From positions 31,992,001 through 32,056,000 of the forward strand of contig OZ024760.1 in NCBI GenBank assembly GCA_964016885.1: DNA of 64,000 nucleotides, read 5' to 3'. A program made the translations under genes and the position numbers. Below, piece after piece: positions 13,501-27,470 of the stretch; the first letter of the stretch is position 1, and each line of letters opens with the position of its first letter. The notes beneath the pieces were generated by a model. It was not told the origin of the DNA. It did no database searches and saw only the letters and a list, made by a program, of their open reading frames with translations. The stretch is from Eledone cirrhosa (taxonomy: Eukaryota).

Positions 13501-16500
13501 AAGTAAGGGAGAGAAAGACTATAGTCTGAGTTGATACCAGATTTTGAGAAGTAAGGGAGAGAAAGACCATATTCTGAATTGATGCAGGGTTTTGAGAAGT
13601 AAGGGGGATAAAACTATAGTCTGAGTTGCTCCCAGGTATTGAGAAGTAGGGGAGAGAAAGACTATAGTCTGAGTTGATCCAAGGTTTTGAGGAGTAAGGG
13701 AGAGATAGGCTATAGTTTGAGATGATCCAATGTTTTGAGATGTGAGGGAAAGAAAGACTATAGACTGAGTTGATCCCAGGTTTTGAGAAGTAGGGGAGAG
13801 AAAGACTATAGTCTGAGATGATCCAAGATTTTAAGAAGTAAGGGAGAGAAAGTCTATAGTCTGAGTTGATCCAATGTTTTGAGAGGTAAGGGAGAGAAAG
13901 CCTATAGAGTGTGTTGATCCCATGTTTTGAGAAGTAAGGGAGACAAAACTATAGTCTGAGTTGATTCAAGGTTTTGAGAAGTAAGGGACAGAAAGACTAT
14001 AGTCTGAGTCATCCCAGGTTTTGAGAAGTAAGGGAGAGCAAGTCTATTGTGTGAGTTGATCCCAGATTTTGAGAAGTAAGGGAGAGAAAGACTATAGCCT
14101 GAGTTGATCCAAGATTTTTAGAAGTAAGAGAGAGAAAGTCTATAGTCTGAGTTGATCTATGCTTTTGAGAAGTAAGGGGGAGAAAGCCTAAAGACTGAGT
14201 TTATCCCAGGTTTTTGAGAAGTAAACGAGAGAAAGACTATAGACTTAGTTGATCCAAGGTTTTGAGAAGTAGTGGAGAGAAAGACTATAGGCTGACTTGG
14301 TCCCAGGTTTTGAGAAGTAAGGGAGAAAAAGACTATATTCTGAGTTGATCCAAGATTTTGAGAAGAAAGGCAGAGAAAGACTATAGTCTGAGTTGATCCA
14401 AGGTTTTAGAAGTCAGGGAGAGAAAGACTATAGTCTGAGTTGATCCAATGTTTTTAGAGGTAAGGGAGAGAAAGCCTATAGACTGAGTTTATCCCAGGTT
14501 TTGAGAAGTAACCGAAAGAAAGACTATAGACTTAGTTGATCCAAGGTTTTGAGAAATAAGGGAGGGAAAGGCTATAGTCATAGTTGATCCAAGGTTTTGA
14601 GAAGTAATGTAGAGAAAGACAATAGTCTGACATGAACCCAGGTTTTAAGAAGTAAGGGAGAAAAAGACTATATTCTGAATTGACCCAAAGGTTTTGAGAA
14701 GTAAGGGAGAGAAAGACATTAGTCTGAGTTGATCCAAGGCTTTGAGAAGTAAGGGAGCGAAGGACTATAATCTGAGTTGATCCAACGTTTTGAGAAGTAA
14801 GGGACAGAAAGATTATAGTCTGACTTGAGGCCAGGTTTTGAGAAGTAAGGGGGATAAGACTATAGTCTGTGTTGATCCAAGGTTTTCAAAAGTGAGGGAG
14901 AGAAAGGCTGTAGTCTCAGTTGATCCAAGGTTCTGAGAAGTAAAGGCGAGAAAAACAATAGGCTTAGTTTATCCCAGGTTTTGAGAAGAAAGCGAGAGAA
15001 AGACTATAGACTTAGTTGATCCAAGGTTTTGAGAAATAAGGGAGGGAAAGGCAATAGTCTGAGTTGATACAAGGTTTTGAGAAGTAAGGGGGATAAGACT
15101 ATAGTCTGAGTTGATCCCAGATTTTGAGAAGTAAGGGAGAGAAAGACTATAGTCTGAATTGATCCAAGGTCTTGAGAAGTAGAGGAGAGAAAGACAATAG
15201 TCTGCGTTGATCCGAGGTTTTCAGAAGCAAGGGAGAGAAAGGCTATAGTCTGAGTTGATTCACGGTTTTGAGAAATAAGGGAGACAAAGACTATAGATTT
15301 ATTTGATCCAAGCTTTTGAGAAGTAAGGGTGAGAAAGACTATTGTCTGAATTGATCCCAGATTTTGAGAAGTAAGGGAGAGTAAGGCTATAGTCTGAGTT
15401 GATACAAGGTTTTGAGAACTAAGGAAGAAAAATACTATAGTCTGTGTTGATCCAAGGTTTTGAGAAGTAAGGGGGAGAAATACCATATTCTGAGTTGATC
15501 CAAGGTTTTGAGAAGTAAGGGAGAGAAAGGCTATAGTCTGAGTTGATCCCAGGTTTTGAGAAGAAGGGAAAGAAAGACTATAGTCTGAGTTGATCCCAGG
15601 TATTGAGAAGTAAGGGAGAGAAAGGCTATAGTCTGGGATGATCCAATGTTTTTATAGGTAAGGGAGAGAAATACTATAGACTTAGTTGATCCAAGGTTTT
15701 GAGAAATAAGAGAGGGAAACGCTATAGTCTGAGTTGTTTCAAAGTTTTGAGAAGTAATGGAGAGAAAGACTATAGTCTGACTTGATCCCAGGTTTTGAGA
15801 AGTAAGGGAGAAAAAGACTATAGTCTTAGTTGATCCAAGATTTTAAGAAGTTAGTCAGAGAAAGATTATAGTGTGAGTTGATCCAAGATTTTGAGAAGTG
15901 AGGGAGAGAAAGACTATAGTCTGAGTTGATCCAAGCTTTTGAGAAGCAAGTGAGAGCAAGAATATAATCTGAATTGATCCAAGGTTTTGAGAAGTAAGGG
16001 AGAGAAGGCTATAGTCTGAGTTGATCCAAGGTTTTGAGAAGTAAGGGACAGAAAGGCTATAGTCTGACATGATGCCAGGTTTTGATAAGTAAGGGGGATA
16101 AGCCTATAGTCTGTGTTGATCCAAGGTTTTGAGAAGTAAGGGTGAGAAAGACTAAAGTCTGAGTTGATCAATGGTTTTCAGAAGTAAGGGAGAGAAAGAC
16201 TATAGTCTGAATTGATCCAAGGTTTTGAGAAGTAACGGAAAGAAAGACTATAGACCGAGTTTATCCCAGGTTTTGCGAAGTAAGGGAGAGTAAGATTATA
16301 GTCTGTGTTGATCCAAAGTTTTGAGAAGTAAGGGAGAGAAAGACAATAGATTGAGCAGAACCAAAGTTTTCAGAAGTAAGGAGGAGAAAGACAATAGCGT
16401 GAATTGATCCCAGATTTTGAGAAGTAAGGGAGAGAAAGACTATAGTCTGAGTTGATCCAAGGGTTTGAGAAGTAAGCGAGAGAAAGGCTATAGTCAGAGT

Positions 16501-19228
16501 TGATCCAAGATTTTTAGAAGTAAGAGAGAGAAAGTCTATAGTCTGAGTTCATCCAAAGTTTTGAGAAGAAGGGTTGAGAAAGACTAAATATGAGTTGATC
16601 CCAAGTTTTGAGAAGTAAGGTAGAGAAAGACTATAGTCTGAGTTGATTCAAGCTTTTGGGAAATAAGGGAGACAAATACTATAGATTGAGCAGATCCAAA
16701 GTTTTGAGAAGTAAGGAGGAGAAAGACTATAGTCTGAATTGATCCCAGATTTTGAGAAGTAAGGGAGAGAAAGACTATAGTCTGAGTTGATCCAAGGGTT
16801 TGAGAAGTAAGGGAGAGAAAGACTATAGTCAGATTTGATCCAAGGTTTTGAGAAGTAAGGGAGAGAAAGACTATAGCCAGAGTTGATCCATGATTTTTAG
16901 AAGTAAGGTTGAGAAAGACTAAATATGAGTTGATTTGTGGTTTTGAGAAGTAAGGGGGAGAAAGCCTATAGACTGAGTTTATCCCTGGTTTTTGAGAAGT
17001 AAGGGAGGGAAAGGCTATAGTCTGAGTTGATCCAAGGTTTTGGGAAGTAATGGAGAGAAAGACTATAGTCTGACTTGATCCCAGGTTTTGAGAAGTAAGG
17101 GAGAAAAAGACTATATTCTGAGTTGATCCAAGCTTTTGAGAAGTAAGGCAGAGAAAGACTATAGTCTGAGTTGATCCATGGTTTTGAGAAGTAAGGGAGA
17201 GAAAGGCTATAGTCTGAGTTGATCCAATGTTTTTAGAGGTAAGGGAGGGAAAGCATATAGACTGAGTTTATCCCAGGTTTTGAGAAGTAAGCGACAGAAG
17301 ACTATAGACTTAGTTGAGCCAAGGTTTTGAGAAATAAGGGAGGGAAAGGATATAGTCTGAGTTGATCCAAGGTTTTGAGAAGTAATGGAGAGAAAGACTA
17401 TAGTCTGACTTGATCCCAGGTTTTGAGAAGTAAGGGAAAAAAAGACTATATTCTGAGTTGATTCAAGATTTTGAGTAGTAAGGCATAGAAAGACTATAGT
17501 CTGAGTTGATCCAAGATTTTGAGAAGTAAGGGAGAGAAAGGCTATAGTCTGAGTTGATCCAATGTTTTTAGAGGTAAGGGAGAGAAAGCCTATAGACTGA
17601 GTTTATCCCAGGTTTGAGAAGTAAGCGAGAGAAAGACTATAGACCTAGTTCATCCAAGGTTTTGAGAAATAAGGGAGGGAAAGGATATAGTCCGAGTTGA
17701 TCCAAGGTTTTGAGAAGTAATGGAGAGAAAGACTATAGTCTGACTTGATCCCAGGTTTTGAGAAATAAGTGAGAAAAAGACTATAGTCTGAGTTGATCCA
17801 ATATTTTGAGAAGTAAGACAGAGAAAGACTATGGTCTGAGTTGATCCAAGGTTTTGAGAAGTAAGGGAGAGAAAGACTATAGTGTGAGTTGATCCAAGGT
17901 TTTGAGACGTAAGGGAGAAAAAGACTATAATCTGAGTTGATCCAAGCTTTTGAGAAGCAAATGAGAGAAAGGCTGTAGTCTGAGTTGATCCACGGTTTTG
18001 AGAAGTAAGGGGGATAAGACTATAATCTGTGTTGATCCAAGGTTTTGAGAAGTAAGGGAGAGAAAGGATGTAGTCTGAGTTGATCCACGGTTTTGAGAAG
18101 TTAAGGTGAGAATGACAATATTCTGAGTTGATCCAAGGATTTGAGAGACAAGTGAGAGAAAGCCTATAGTCTGAGTTGATCCAAGGTTTTCAGAAGTAAG
18201 GGAGAGAAACACTATAGTCAGAGTTGATCCAAGGTTTTGAGAAGTAAGTGTGAGAAAGACTAAAGTCTGAGTTAATCCATTGTTTTCAGAAGTAAGGGAG
18301 GGAAAGACTATAGTTTGAGTTGATCCAAGGTTTTGAGAAGAAAGGGAGAGAAAGGCTATAGTCTGATATGATCCAAGGTTTTGGGAAATAAGGGAGGCAA
18401 AGACTATAGATTGAGCTGATCCAAGGTTTTGAGATGTAAGGTGAAAGACTATAGTCTGAATTGATTGAGAAGTAAGGGAGAGAAAGACTATAGTGTGAGT
18501 TGATCCAAGGTTTTGAGAAGTAAGTGGGAGAAAGGCTATAGTCTGAGTTGATCCAAGGTTTTGGGAAGTAAGGGAAAGAAAGACTATAGTCTGAATTGAT
18601 CCCAGTTTTTGAGAAGTAAGGGAGAAAAAGACTATAGTCTGAGTTGATCCAAGATTTTGAGAAGTAAGGCAGAGAAAGACTGTAGTCAGAGTTGATCCAA
18701 GGTTTTGAGAAGTAAGGGAGAGAAAGACTATAGTCTGAGTTGATCCAAGGTTCTGAGAAGTAAGGGAGAGAAAGACTATAGTCTGAGTTCATCCAAGGTT
18801 TTGAGAAGTAAGGGACAGAAAGACCATAGTCTGAATTGATGCCAGGTTTTGATAAGTAAGGGGGATAAGACTATAGTCTGTGTTGATCCAAGGGTTTGAG
18901 AAGTAAGGAGGAGAAAGACTATAGTCTGAGTTGATTCAAGGGTTTGAGAAGTAAGGGAGAGAAAGACTATAGTCTGAGTTTATCCAATGTTTTGAGAAGT
19001 AAGGTTGAGAAAGACTAAATATGAGTTGATCCATGGTTTTAAGAAGTAAGGGAGAGAAAGGCTATAGTCTGAGTTGATCCAAGGTTTTGAGAAGTAAGGG
19101 AGAGAAAGGCTATAGTCTGAGTTGATCCAAGGTTTTGAGAAGTAATGGAGAGAAAGACTATAGTCTGAGTTGATCCAAGATTTTGAGAAGATAGTCAGAG
19201 AAAGACTATAGTCTGAGTTGATCCAAGA

Positions 19229-22200
19229 TTTTGAGAAGTAAAAGAGAGAAAGACTATAGTCTGTGTTGATCCAAGGTTTTGAGAAGTAAGGAGGAGAAAG
19301 ACTATAGTCTGAGTTGATCCAAGGGTTTGAGAAGTAAGGGTGAGAAAGGCTATAGTCTGTGTTGATCCAAGGTTTTGAGAAGTAAGGGAGAGAGAGACTA
19401 TAGCCTGAGTTGATCCAAGATTTTTAGAAGTAAGAGAGAGAAAGTCTATAGTCTGAGTTGATCCAAGGTTTTGAGAAGTAAGGTTGAGAAAGACTAAATA
19501 TGAGTTGATACATGGTTTTCAGAATTAAGGGAGAGAAATCCTATAGACTGAGTTTATCCCAGGTTTTGAGAAGTAAGCAAGAGAAAGACTATAGACTTAG
19601 TTGTTCCAAGGTTTTAAGAAATGAGGGAGGGAAAGGCTATAGTCTGAGCTGATCCAAGGTTTTGAGAAGTAATGGAGAGAAAGACTATAGTCTGACTTGA
19701 TCCCAGGTTTTGAGAAGTAAGGGAGAAAAAGACTATAGTCTTAGTTGATCCAAGATTTTAAGAAGTTAGTCAGAGAAAGATTATAGTGTGAGTTGATCCA
19801 AGATTTTGAGAAGTGAGGGAGAGAAAGACTATAGTCTGAGTTGATCCAAGCTTTTTAGAAGCAAGTGAGAGCAAGAATATAATCTGAATTGATCCAAGGT
19901 TTTGAGAAGTAAGGGAGAGAAGGCTATAGTCTGAGTTGATCCAAGGTTTTGAGAAGTAAGGGACAGAAAGGCTATAGTCTGACATGATGCCAGGTTTTGA
20001 TAAGTAAGGGGAATAAGCCTATAGTCTGTGTTGATCCAAGGTTTTGAGAAGTAAGGGTGAGAAAGACTAAAGTCTGAGTTGATCCATGGTTTTCAGAAGT
20101 AAGGGAGAGAAAGACTATAGTCTGAATTGATCCAAGGTTTTGAGAAGTAACGGAAAGAAAGACTATAGACCGAGTTTATCCCAGGTTTTGCGAAGTAAGG
20201 GAGAGTAAGACTATAGTCTGTGTTGATCCAAAGTTTTGAGAAGTAAGGGAGAGAAAGACAATAGATTGAGCAGAACCAAAGTTTTGAGAAGTAAGGAGGA
20301 GAAAGACTATAGCATGAATTGATCCCAGATTTTGAGAAGTAAGGGAGAGAAAGACTATAGTCTGAGTTGATCCAAGGGTTTGAGAAGTAAGCGAGAGAAA
20401 GGCTAAAGTCAGAGTTGATCCAAGATTTTTAGAAGTAAGAGAGAGAAAGCCTATATTCTGAGTTGATCCAAGGTTTTCAGAAGTAAGGGAGAGAAACACT
20501 ATAGTCAGAGTTGATCCAAGGTTTTGAGAAGTAAGTGTGAGAAAGACTAAAGTCTGAGTTGATCCATGGTTTTCAGAAGTAAGGGAGAGAAAGACTATAG
20601 TCTGAATTGATCCAAGGTTTTGAGAAGTAACGGAAAGAAAGACTATAGACCGAGTTTATCCCAGGTTTTGCGAAGTAAGGGAGAGTAAGACTATAGTCTG
20701 TGTTGATCCAAATTTTGAGAAGTAAGGGAGAGAAAGACAATAGATTGAGCAGAACCAAAGTTTTGAGAAGTAAGGAGGAGAAAGACTATAGCGTGAATTG
20801 ATCCCAGATTTTGAGAAGTAAGGGAGAGAAAGACTATAGTCTGAGTTGATCCAAGGGTTTGAGAAGTAAGCGAGAGAATGGCTATAGTCAGAGTTGATCC
20901 AAGATTTTTAGAAGTAAGAGAGAGAAAGCCTATAGTCTGAGTTGATCCAAGGTTTTCAGAAGTAAGGGAGAGAAACACTATAGTCAGAGTTGATCCAAGG
21001 TTTTGAGAAGTAAGTGTGAGAAAGACTAAAGTCTGAGTTAATCCATTGTTTTCAGAAGTAAGGGAGGGAAAGACTATAGTTTGAGTTGATCCAAGGTTTT
21101 GAGAAGAAAGGGAGAGAAAGGCTATAGTCTGATATGATCCAAGGTTTTGGGAAATAAGGGAGGCAAAGACTATAGATTGAGCTGATCCAAGGTTTTGAGA
21201 TGTAAGGTGAAAGACTATAGTCTGAATTGATCCCAGATTTTGAGAAGTAAGGGAGAGAAAGACTATAGTGTGAGTTGATCCAAGGTTTTGAGAAGTAAGT
21301 GGGAGAAAGGCTATAGTCTGAGATGATCCAACGTTTTGGGAAGTAAGGGAAAGAAAGACTATAGTCTGAATTGATCCCAGTTTTTGAGAAGTAAGGGAGA
21401 AAAAGACTATAGTCTGAGTTGATCCAAGATTTTGAGAAGTAAGGCAGAGAAAGACTATAGTCAGAGTTGATCCAAGGTTTTGAGAAGTAAGGGAGAGAAA
21501 GACTATAGTCTCAGTTGATCCAAGGTTTTGAGAAGTAAGGTAGAGAAAGAATATAGTCTGAGTTGATCCAAGCTTTTGAGAAGCAAGGGAGAGAAAGGCT
21601 ATATTCTGAGTTGATCCAAGGTTCTGAGAAGTAAGGGAGAGAAAGACTATAGTCTGAGTTCATCCAAGGTTTTGAGAAGTAAGGGACAGAAAGACCATAG
21701 TCTGAATTGATGCCAGGTTTTGATAAGTAAGGGGGATAAGACTATAGTCTGTGTTGATCAAAGGTTTTGAGAAGTAAGGAGGAGAAAGACTATAGTCTGA
21801 GTTGATCCAAGGTTTTGAGAAGTAAGGGAGAGAAAGGCTATAGTCTGAGTTGATCCAAGGTTTTGAGAAGTAATGTAGAGAAAGACTATAGTCTGAGTTG
21901 ATCCAAGATTTTGAGAAGATAGTCAGAGAAAGACTATAGTCTGAGTTGATCCAAGATTTTGAGAAGTAAAAGAGAGAAAGACTATAGTCTGTGTTGATCC
22001 AAGGTTTTGAGAAGTAAGGAGGAGAAAGACTATAGTCTGAGTTGATCCAAGGGTTTGAGAAGTAAGGGTGAGAAAGGCTATAGTCTGTGTTGATCCAAGG
22101 TTTTGAGAAGTAAGGGAGAGAGAGACTATAGCCTGAGTTGATCCAAGATTTTTAGAAGTAAGAGAGAGAAAGTCTATAGTCTGAGTTGATCCAAGGTTTT

Positions 22201-25200
22201 GAGAAGTAAGGTTGAGAAAGAATAAATATGAGTTGATACATGGTTTTCAGAAGTAAGGGAGAGAAATCCTATAGACTGAGTTTATCCCAGGTTTTGAGAA
22301 GTAAGCAAGAGAAAGACTATAGACTTAGTTGTTCCAAGGTTTTAAGAAATGAGGGCGGGAAAGGCTATAGTCTGAGCTGATCCAAGGTTTTGAGAAGTAA
22401 TGGAGAGAAAGACTATAGTCTGACTTGATCCCAGGTTTTGAGAAGTAAGGGAAAAAAGACTATATTCTGAGTTGATCCAAGATTTTGAGTAGTAAGGCAT
22501 AGAAAGACTATAGTCTGAGTTGATCCAAGATTTTGAGAAGTAAGGGAGAGAAAAGCTATAGTCTGAGTTGATCCAATGTTTTTAGAGGTAAGGGAGAGAA
22601 AGCCTATAGACTGAGTTTATCCCAGGTTTGAGAAGTAAGCGAGAGAAAGACTATAGACCTAGTTGATCCAAGGTTTTGAGAAATAAGGGAGGGAAAGGAT
22701 ATAGTCTGAGTTGATCCAAGATTTTGAGAAGTAATGGAGAGAAAGACTATAGTCTGACTTGATCCCATGTTTTGAGAAATAAGTGAGAAAAAGACTATAG
22801 TCTGAGTTGATCCAATATTTTGAGAAGTAAGACAGAGAAAGACTATGGTCTGAGTTGATCCAAGGTTTTGAGAAGTAAGGGAGAGAAAGACTATAGTGTG
22901 AGTTGATCCAAGGTTTTGAGACGTAAGGGAGAAAAAGACTATAATCTGAGTTGATCCAAGCTTTTGAGAAGCAAGTGAGAGAAAGGCTGTAGTCTGAGTT
23001 GATCCACGGTTTTGAGAAGTAAGGGGGATAAGACTATAATCTGTGTTGATCCAAGGTTTTGAGAAGTAAGGGAGAGAAAGGATGTAGTCTGAGTTGATCC
23101 ACGGTTTTGAGAAGTTAAGGTGAGAATGACAATATTCTGAGTTGATCCATGGTTTTGAGAGACAAGTGAGAGAAAGCCTATAGTCTGAGTTGATCCAATG
23201 TTTTCAGAAGTAAGGGAGAGAAACACTATAGTCAGAGTTGATCCAAGGTTTTGAGAAGTAAGTGTGAGAAAGACTAAAGTCTGAGTTAATCCATTGTTTT
23301 CAGAAGTAAGGGAGGGAAAGACTATAGTTTGAGTTGATCCAAGGTTTTGAGAAGTAAAAGAGAGAAAGACTATAGTCTGTGTTGATCCAAGGTTTTGAGA
23401 AGTAAGGAGGAGAAAGACTATAGTCTGAGTTGATCCAAGGGTTTGAGAAGTAAGGGTGAGAAAGGCTATAGTCTGTGTTGATCCAAGGTTTTGAGAAGTA
23501 AGGGAGAGAGAGACTATAGCCTGAGTTGATCCAAGATTTTTAGAAGTAAGAGAGAGAAAGTCTATAGTCTGAGTTGATCCAAGGTTTTGAGAAGTAAGGT
23601 TGAGAAAGACTAAATATGAGTTGATACATGGTTTTCAGAATTAAGGGAGAGAAATCCTATAGACTGAGTTTATCCCAGGTTTTGAGAAGTAAGCAAGAGA
23701 AAGACTATAGACTTAGTTGTTCCAAGGTTTTAAGAAATGAGGGAGGGAAAGGCTATAGTCTGAGCTGATCCAAGGTTTTGAGAAGTAATGGAGAGAAAGA
23801 CTATAGTCTGACTTGATCCCAGGTTTTGAGAAGTAAGGGAGAAAAAGACTATAGTCTTAGTTGATCCAAGATTTTAAGAAGTTAGTCAGAGAAAGATTAT
23901 AGTGTGAGTTGATCCAAGATTTTGAGAAGTGAGGGAGAGAAAGACTATAGTCTGAGTTGATCCAAGCTTTTTAGAAGCAAGTGAGAGCAAGAATATAATC
24001 TGAATTGATCCAAGGTTTTGAGAAGTAAGGGAGAGAAGGCTATAGTCTGAGTTGATCCAAGGTTTTGAGAAGTAAGGGACAGAAAGGCTATAGTCTGACA
24101 TGATGCCAGGTTTTGATAAGTAAGGGGAATAAGCCTATAGTCTGTGTTGATCCAAGGTTTTGAGAAGTAAGGGTGAGAAAGACTAAAGTCTGAGTTGATC
24201 CATGGTTTTCAGAAGTAAGGGAGAGAAAGACTATAGTCTGAATTGATCCAAGGTTTTGAGAAGTAACGGAAAGAAAGACTATAGACCGAGTTTATCCCAG
24301 GTTTTGCGAAGTAAGGGAGAGTAAGACTATAGTCTGTGTTGATCCAAAGTTTTGAGAAGTAAGGGAGAGAAAGACAATAGATTGAGCAGAACCAAAGTTT
24401 TGAGAAGTAAGGAGGAGAAAGACTATAGCATGAATTGATCCCAGATTTTGAGAAGTAAGGGAGAGAAAGACTATAGTCTGAGTTGATCCAAGGGTTTGAG
24501 AAGTAAGCGAGAGAAAGGCTAAAGTCAGAGTTGATCCAAGATTTTTAGAAGTAAGAGAGAGAAAGCCTATATTCTGAGTTGATCCAAGGTTTTCAGAAGT
24601 AAGGGAGAGAAACACTATAGTCAGAGTTGATCCAAGGTTTTGAGAAGTAAGTGTGAGAAAGACTAAAGTCTGAGTTGATCCATGGTTTTCAGAAGTAAGG
24701 GAGAGAAAGACTATAGTCTGAATTGATCCAAGGTTTTGAGAAGTAACGGAAAGAAAGACTATAGACCGAGTTTATCCCAGGTTTTGCGAAGTAAGGGAGA
24801 GTAAGACTATAGTCTGTGTTGATCCAAATTTTGAGAAGTAAGGGAGAGAAAGACAATAGATTGAGCAGAACCAAAGTTTTGAGAAGTAAGGAGGAGAAAG
24901 ACTATAGCGTGAATTGATCCCAGATTTTGAGAAGTAAGGGAGAGAAAGACTATTGTCTGAGTTGATCCAAGGGTTTGAGAAGTAAGCGAGAGAATGGCTA
25001 TAGTCAGAGTTGATCCAAGATTTTTAGAAGTAAGAGAGAGAAAGCCTATAGTCTGAGTTGATCCAAGGTTTTCAGAAGTAAGGGAGAGAAACACTATAGT
25101 CAGAGTTGATCCAAGGTTTTGAGAAGTAAGTGTGAGAAAGACTAAAGTCTGAGTTAATCCATTGTTTTCAGAAGTAAGGGAGGGAAAGACTATAGTTTGA

Positions 25201-27470
25201 GTTGATCCAAGGTTTTGAGAAGAAAGGGAGAGAAAGGCTATAGTCTGATATGATCCAAGGTTTTGGGAAATAAGGGAGGCAAAGACTATAGATTGAGCTG
25301 ATCCAAGGTTTTGAGATGTAAGGTGAAAGACTATAGTCTGAATTGATCCCAGATTTTGAGAAGTAAGGGAGAGAAAGACTATAGTGTGAGTTGATCCAAG
25401 GTTTTGAGAAGTAAGTGGGAGAAAGGCTATAGTCTGAGATGATCCAACGTTTTGGGAAGTAAGGGAAAGAAAGACTATAGTCTGAATTGATCCCAGTTTT
25501 TGAGAAGTAAGGGAGAAAAAGACTATAGTCTGAGTTGATCCAAGATTTTGAGAAGTAAGGCAGAGAAAGACTATAGTCAGAGTTGATCCAAGGTTTTGAG
25601 AAGTAAGGGAGAGAAAGACTATAGTCTCAGTTGATCCAAGGTTTTGAGAAGTAAGGTAGAGAAAGAATATAGTCTGAGTTGATCCAAGCTTTTGAGAAGC
25701 AAGGGAGAGAAAGGCTATATTCTGAGTTGATCCAAGGTTCTGAGAAGTAAGGGAGAGAAAGACTATAGTCTGAGTTCATCCAAGGTTTTGAGAAGTAAGG
25801 GACAGAAAGACCATAGTCTGAATTGATGCCAGGTTTTGATAAGTAAGGGGGATAAGACTATAGTCTGTGTTGATCAAAGGTTTTGAGAAGTAAGGAGGAG
25901 AAAGACTATAGTCTGAGTTGATCCAAGGTTTTGAGAAGTAAGGGAGAGAAAGGCTATAGTCTGAGTTGATCCAAGGTTTTGAGAAGTAATGTAGAGAAAG
26001 ACTATAGTCTGAGTTGATCCAAGATTTTGAGAAGATAGTCAGAGAAAGACTATAGTCTGAGTTGATCCAAGATTTTGAGAAGTAAAAGAGAGAAAGACTA
26101 TAGTCTGTGTTGATCCAAGGTTTTGAGAAGTAAGGAGGAGAAAGACTATAGTCTGAGTTGATCCAAGGGTTTGAGAAGTAAGGGTGAGAAAGGCTATAGT
26201 CTGTGTTGATCCAAGGTTTTGAGAAGTAAGGGAGAGAGAGACTATAGCCTGAGTTGATCCAAGATTTTTAGAAGTAAGAGAGAGAAAGTCTATAGTCTGA
26301 GTTGATCCAAGGTTTTGAGAAGTAAGGTTGAGAAAGAATAAATATGAGTTGATACATGGTTTTCAGAAGTAAGGGAGAGAAATCCTATAGACTGAGTTTA
26401 TCCCAGGTTTTGAGAAGTAAGCAAGAGAAAGACTATAGACTTAGTTGTTCCAAGGTTTTAAGAAATGAGGGCGGGAAAGGCTATAGTCTGAGCTGATCCA
26501 AGGTTTTGAGAAGTAATGGAGAGAAAGACTATAGTCTGACTTGATCCCAGGTTTTGAGAAGTAAGGGAAAAAAGACTATATTCTGAGTTGATCCAAGATT
26601 TTGAGTAGTAAGGCATAGAAAGACTATAGTCTGAGTTGATCCAAGATTTTGAGAAGTAAGGGAGAGAAAAGCTATAGTCTGAGTTGATCCAATGTTTTTA
26701 GAGGTAAGGGAGAGAAAGCCTATAGACTGAGTTTATCCCAGGTTTGAGAAGTAAGCGAGAGAAAGACTATAGACCTAGTTGATCCAAGGTTTTGAGAAAT
26801 AAGGGAGGGAAAGGATATAGTCTGAGTTGATCCAAGATTTTGAGAAGTAATGGAGAGAAAGACTATAGTCTGACTTGATCCCATGTTTTGAGAAATAAGT
26901 GAGAAAAAGACTATAGTCTGAGTTGATCCAATATTTTGAGAAGTAAGACAGAGAAAGACTATGGTCTGAGTTGATCCAAGGTTTTGAGAAGTAAGGGAGA
27001 GAAAGACTATAGTGTGAGTTGATCCAAGGTTTTGAGACGTAAGGGAGAAAAAGACTATAATCTGAGTTGATCCAAGCTTTTGAGAAGCAAGTGAGAGAAA
27101 GGCTGTAGTCTGAGTTGATCCACGGTTTTGAGAAGTAAGGGGGATAAGACTATAATCTGTGTTGATCCAAGGTTTTGAGAAGTAAGGGAGAGAAAGGATG
27201 TAGTCTGAGTTGATCCACGGTTTTGAGAAGTTAAGGTGAGAATGACAATATTCTGAGTTGATCCATGGTTTTGAGAGACAAGTGAGAGAAAGCCTATAGT
27301 CTGAGTTGTTCCAATGTTTTCAGAAGTAAGGGAGAGAAACACTATAGTCAGAGTTGATCCAAGGTTTTGAGAAGTAAGTGTGAGAAAGACTAAAGTCTGA
27401 GTTAATCCATTGTTTTCAGAAGTAAGGGAGGGAAAGACTATAGTTTGAGTTGATCCAAGGTTTTGAGAAG
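19229..27470 (+). repeat. Near-identical tandem duplication, period 4116 bp (19229-23344 / 23345-27470)
   Basis: ORF pairs 19770/23886, 20176/24292, 20573/24689, 20691/24807 and 22939/27055 are all offset by 4116. Only isolated differences were noticed, e.g. near 24954 and 27309. Confidence 0.93.
20041..21040 (+). repeat. 10-monomer (480-bp) tandem duplication, also present at ~24157-25156
   Basis: Lines starting at 20041, 20101 and 20161 match those at 20521, 20581 and 20641 almost exactly. The offset drops to 479 after a 1-bp deletion near 20712. Confidence 0.92.
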
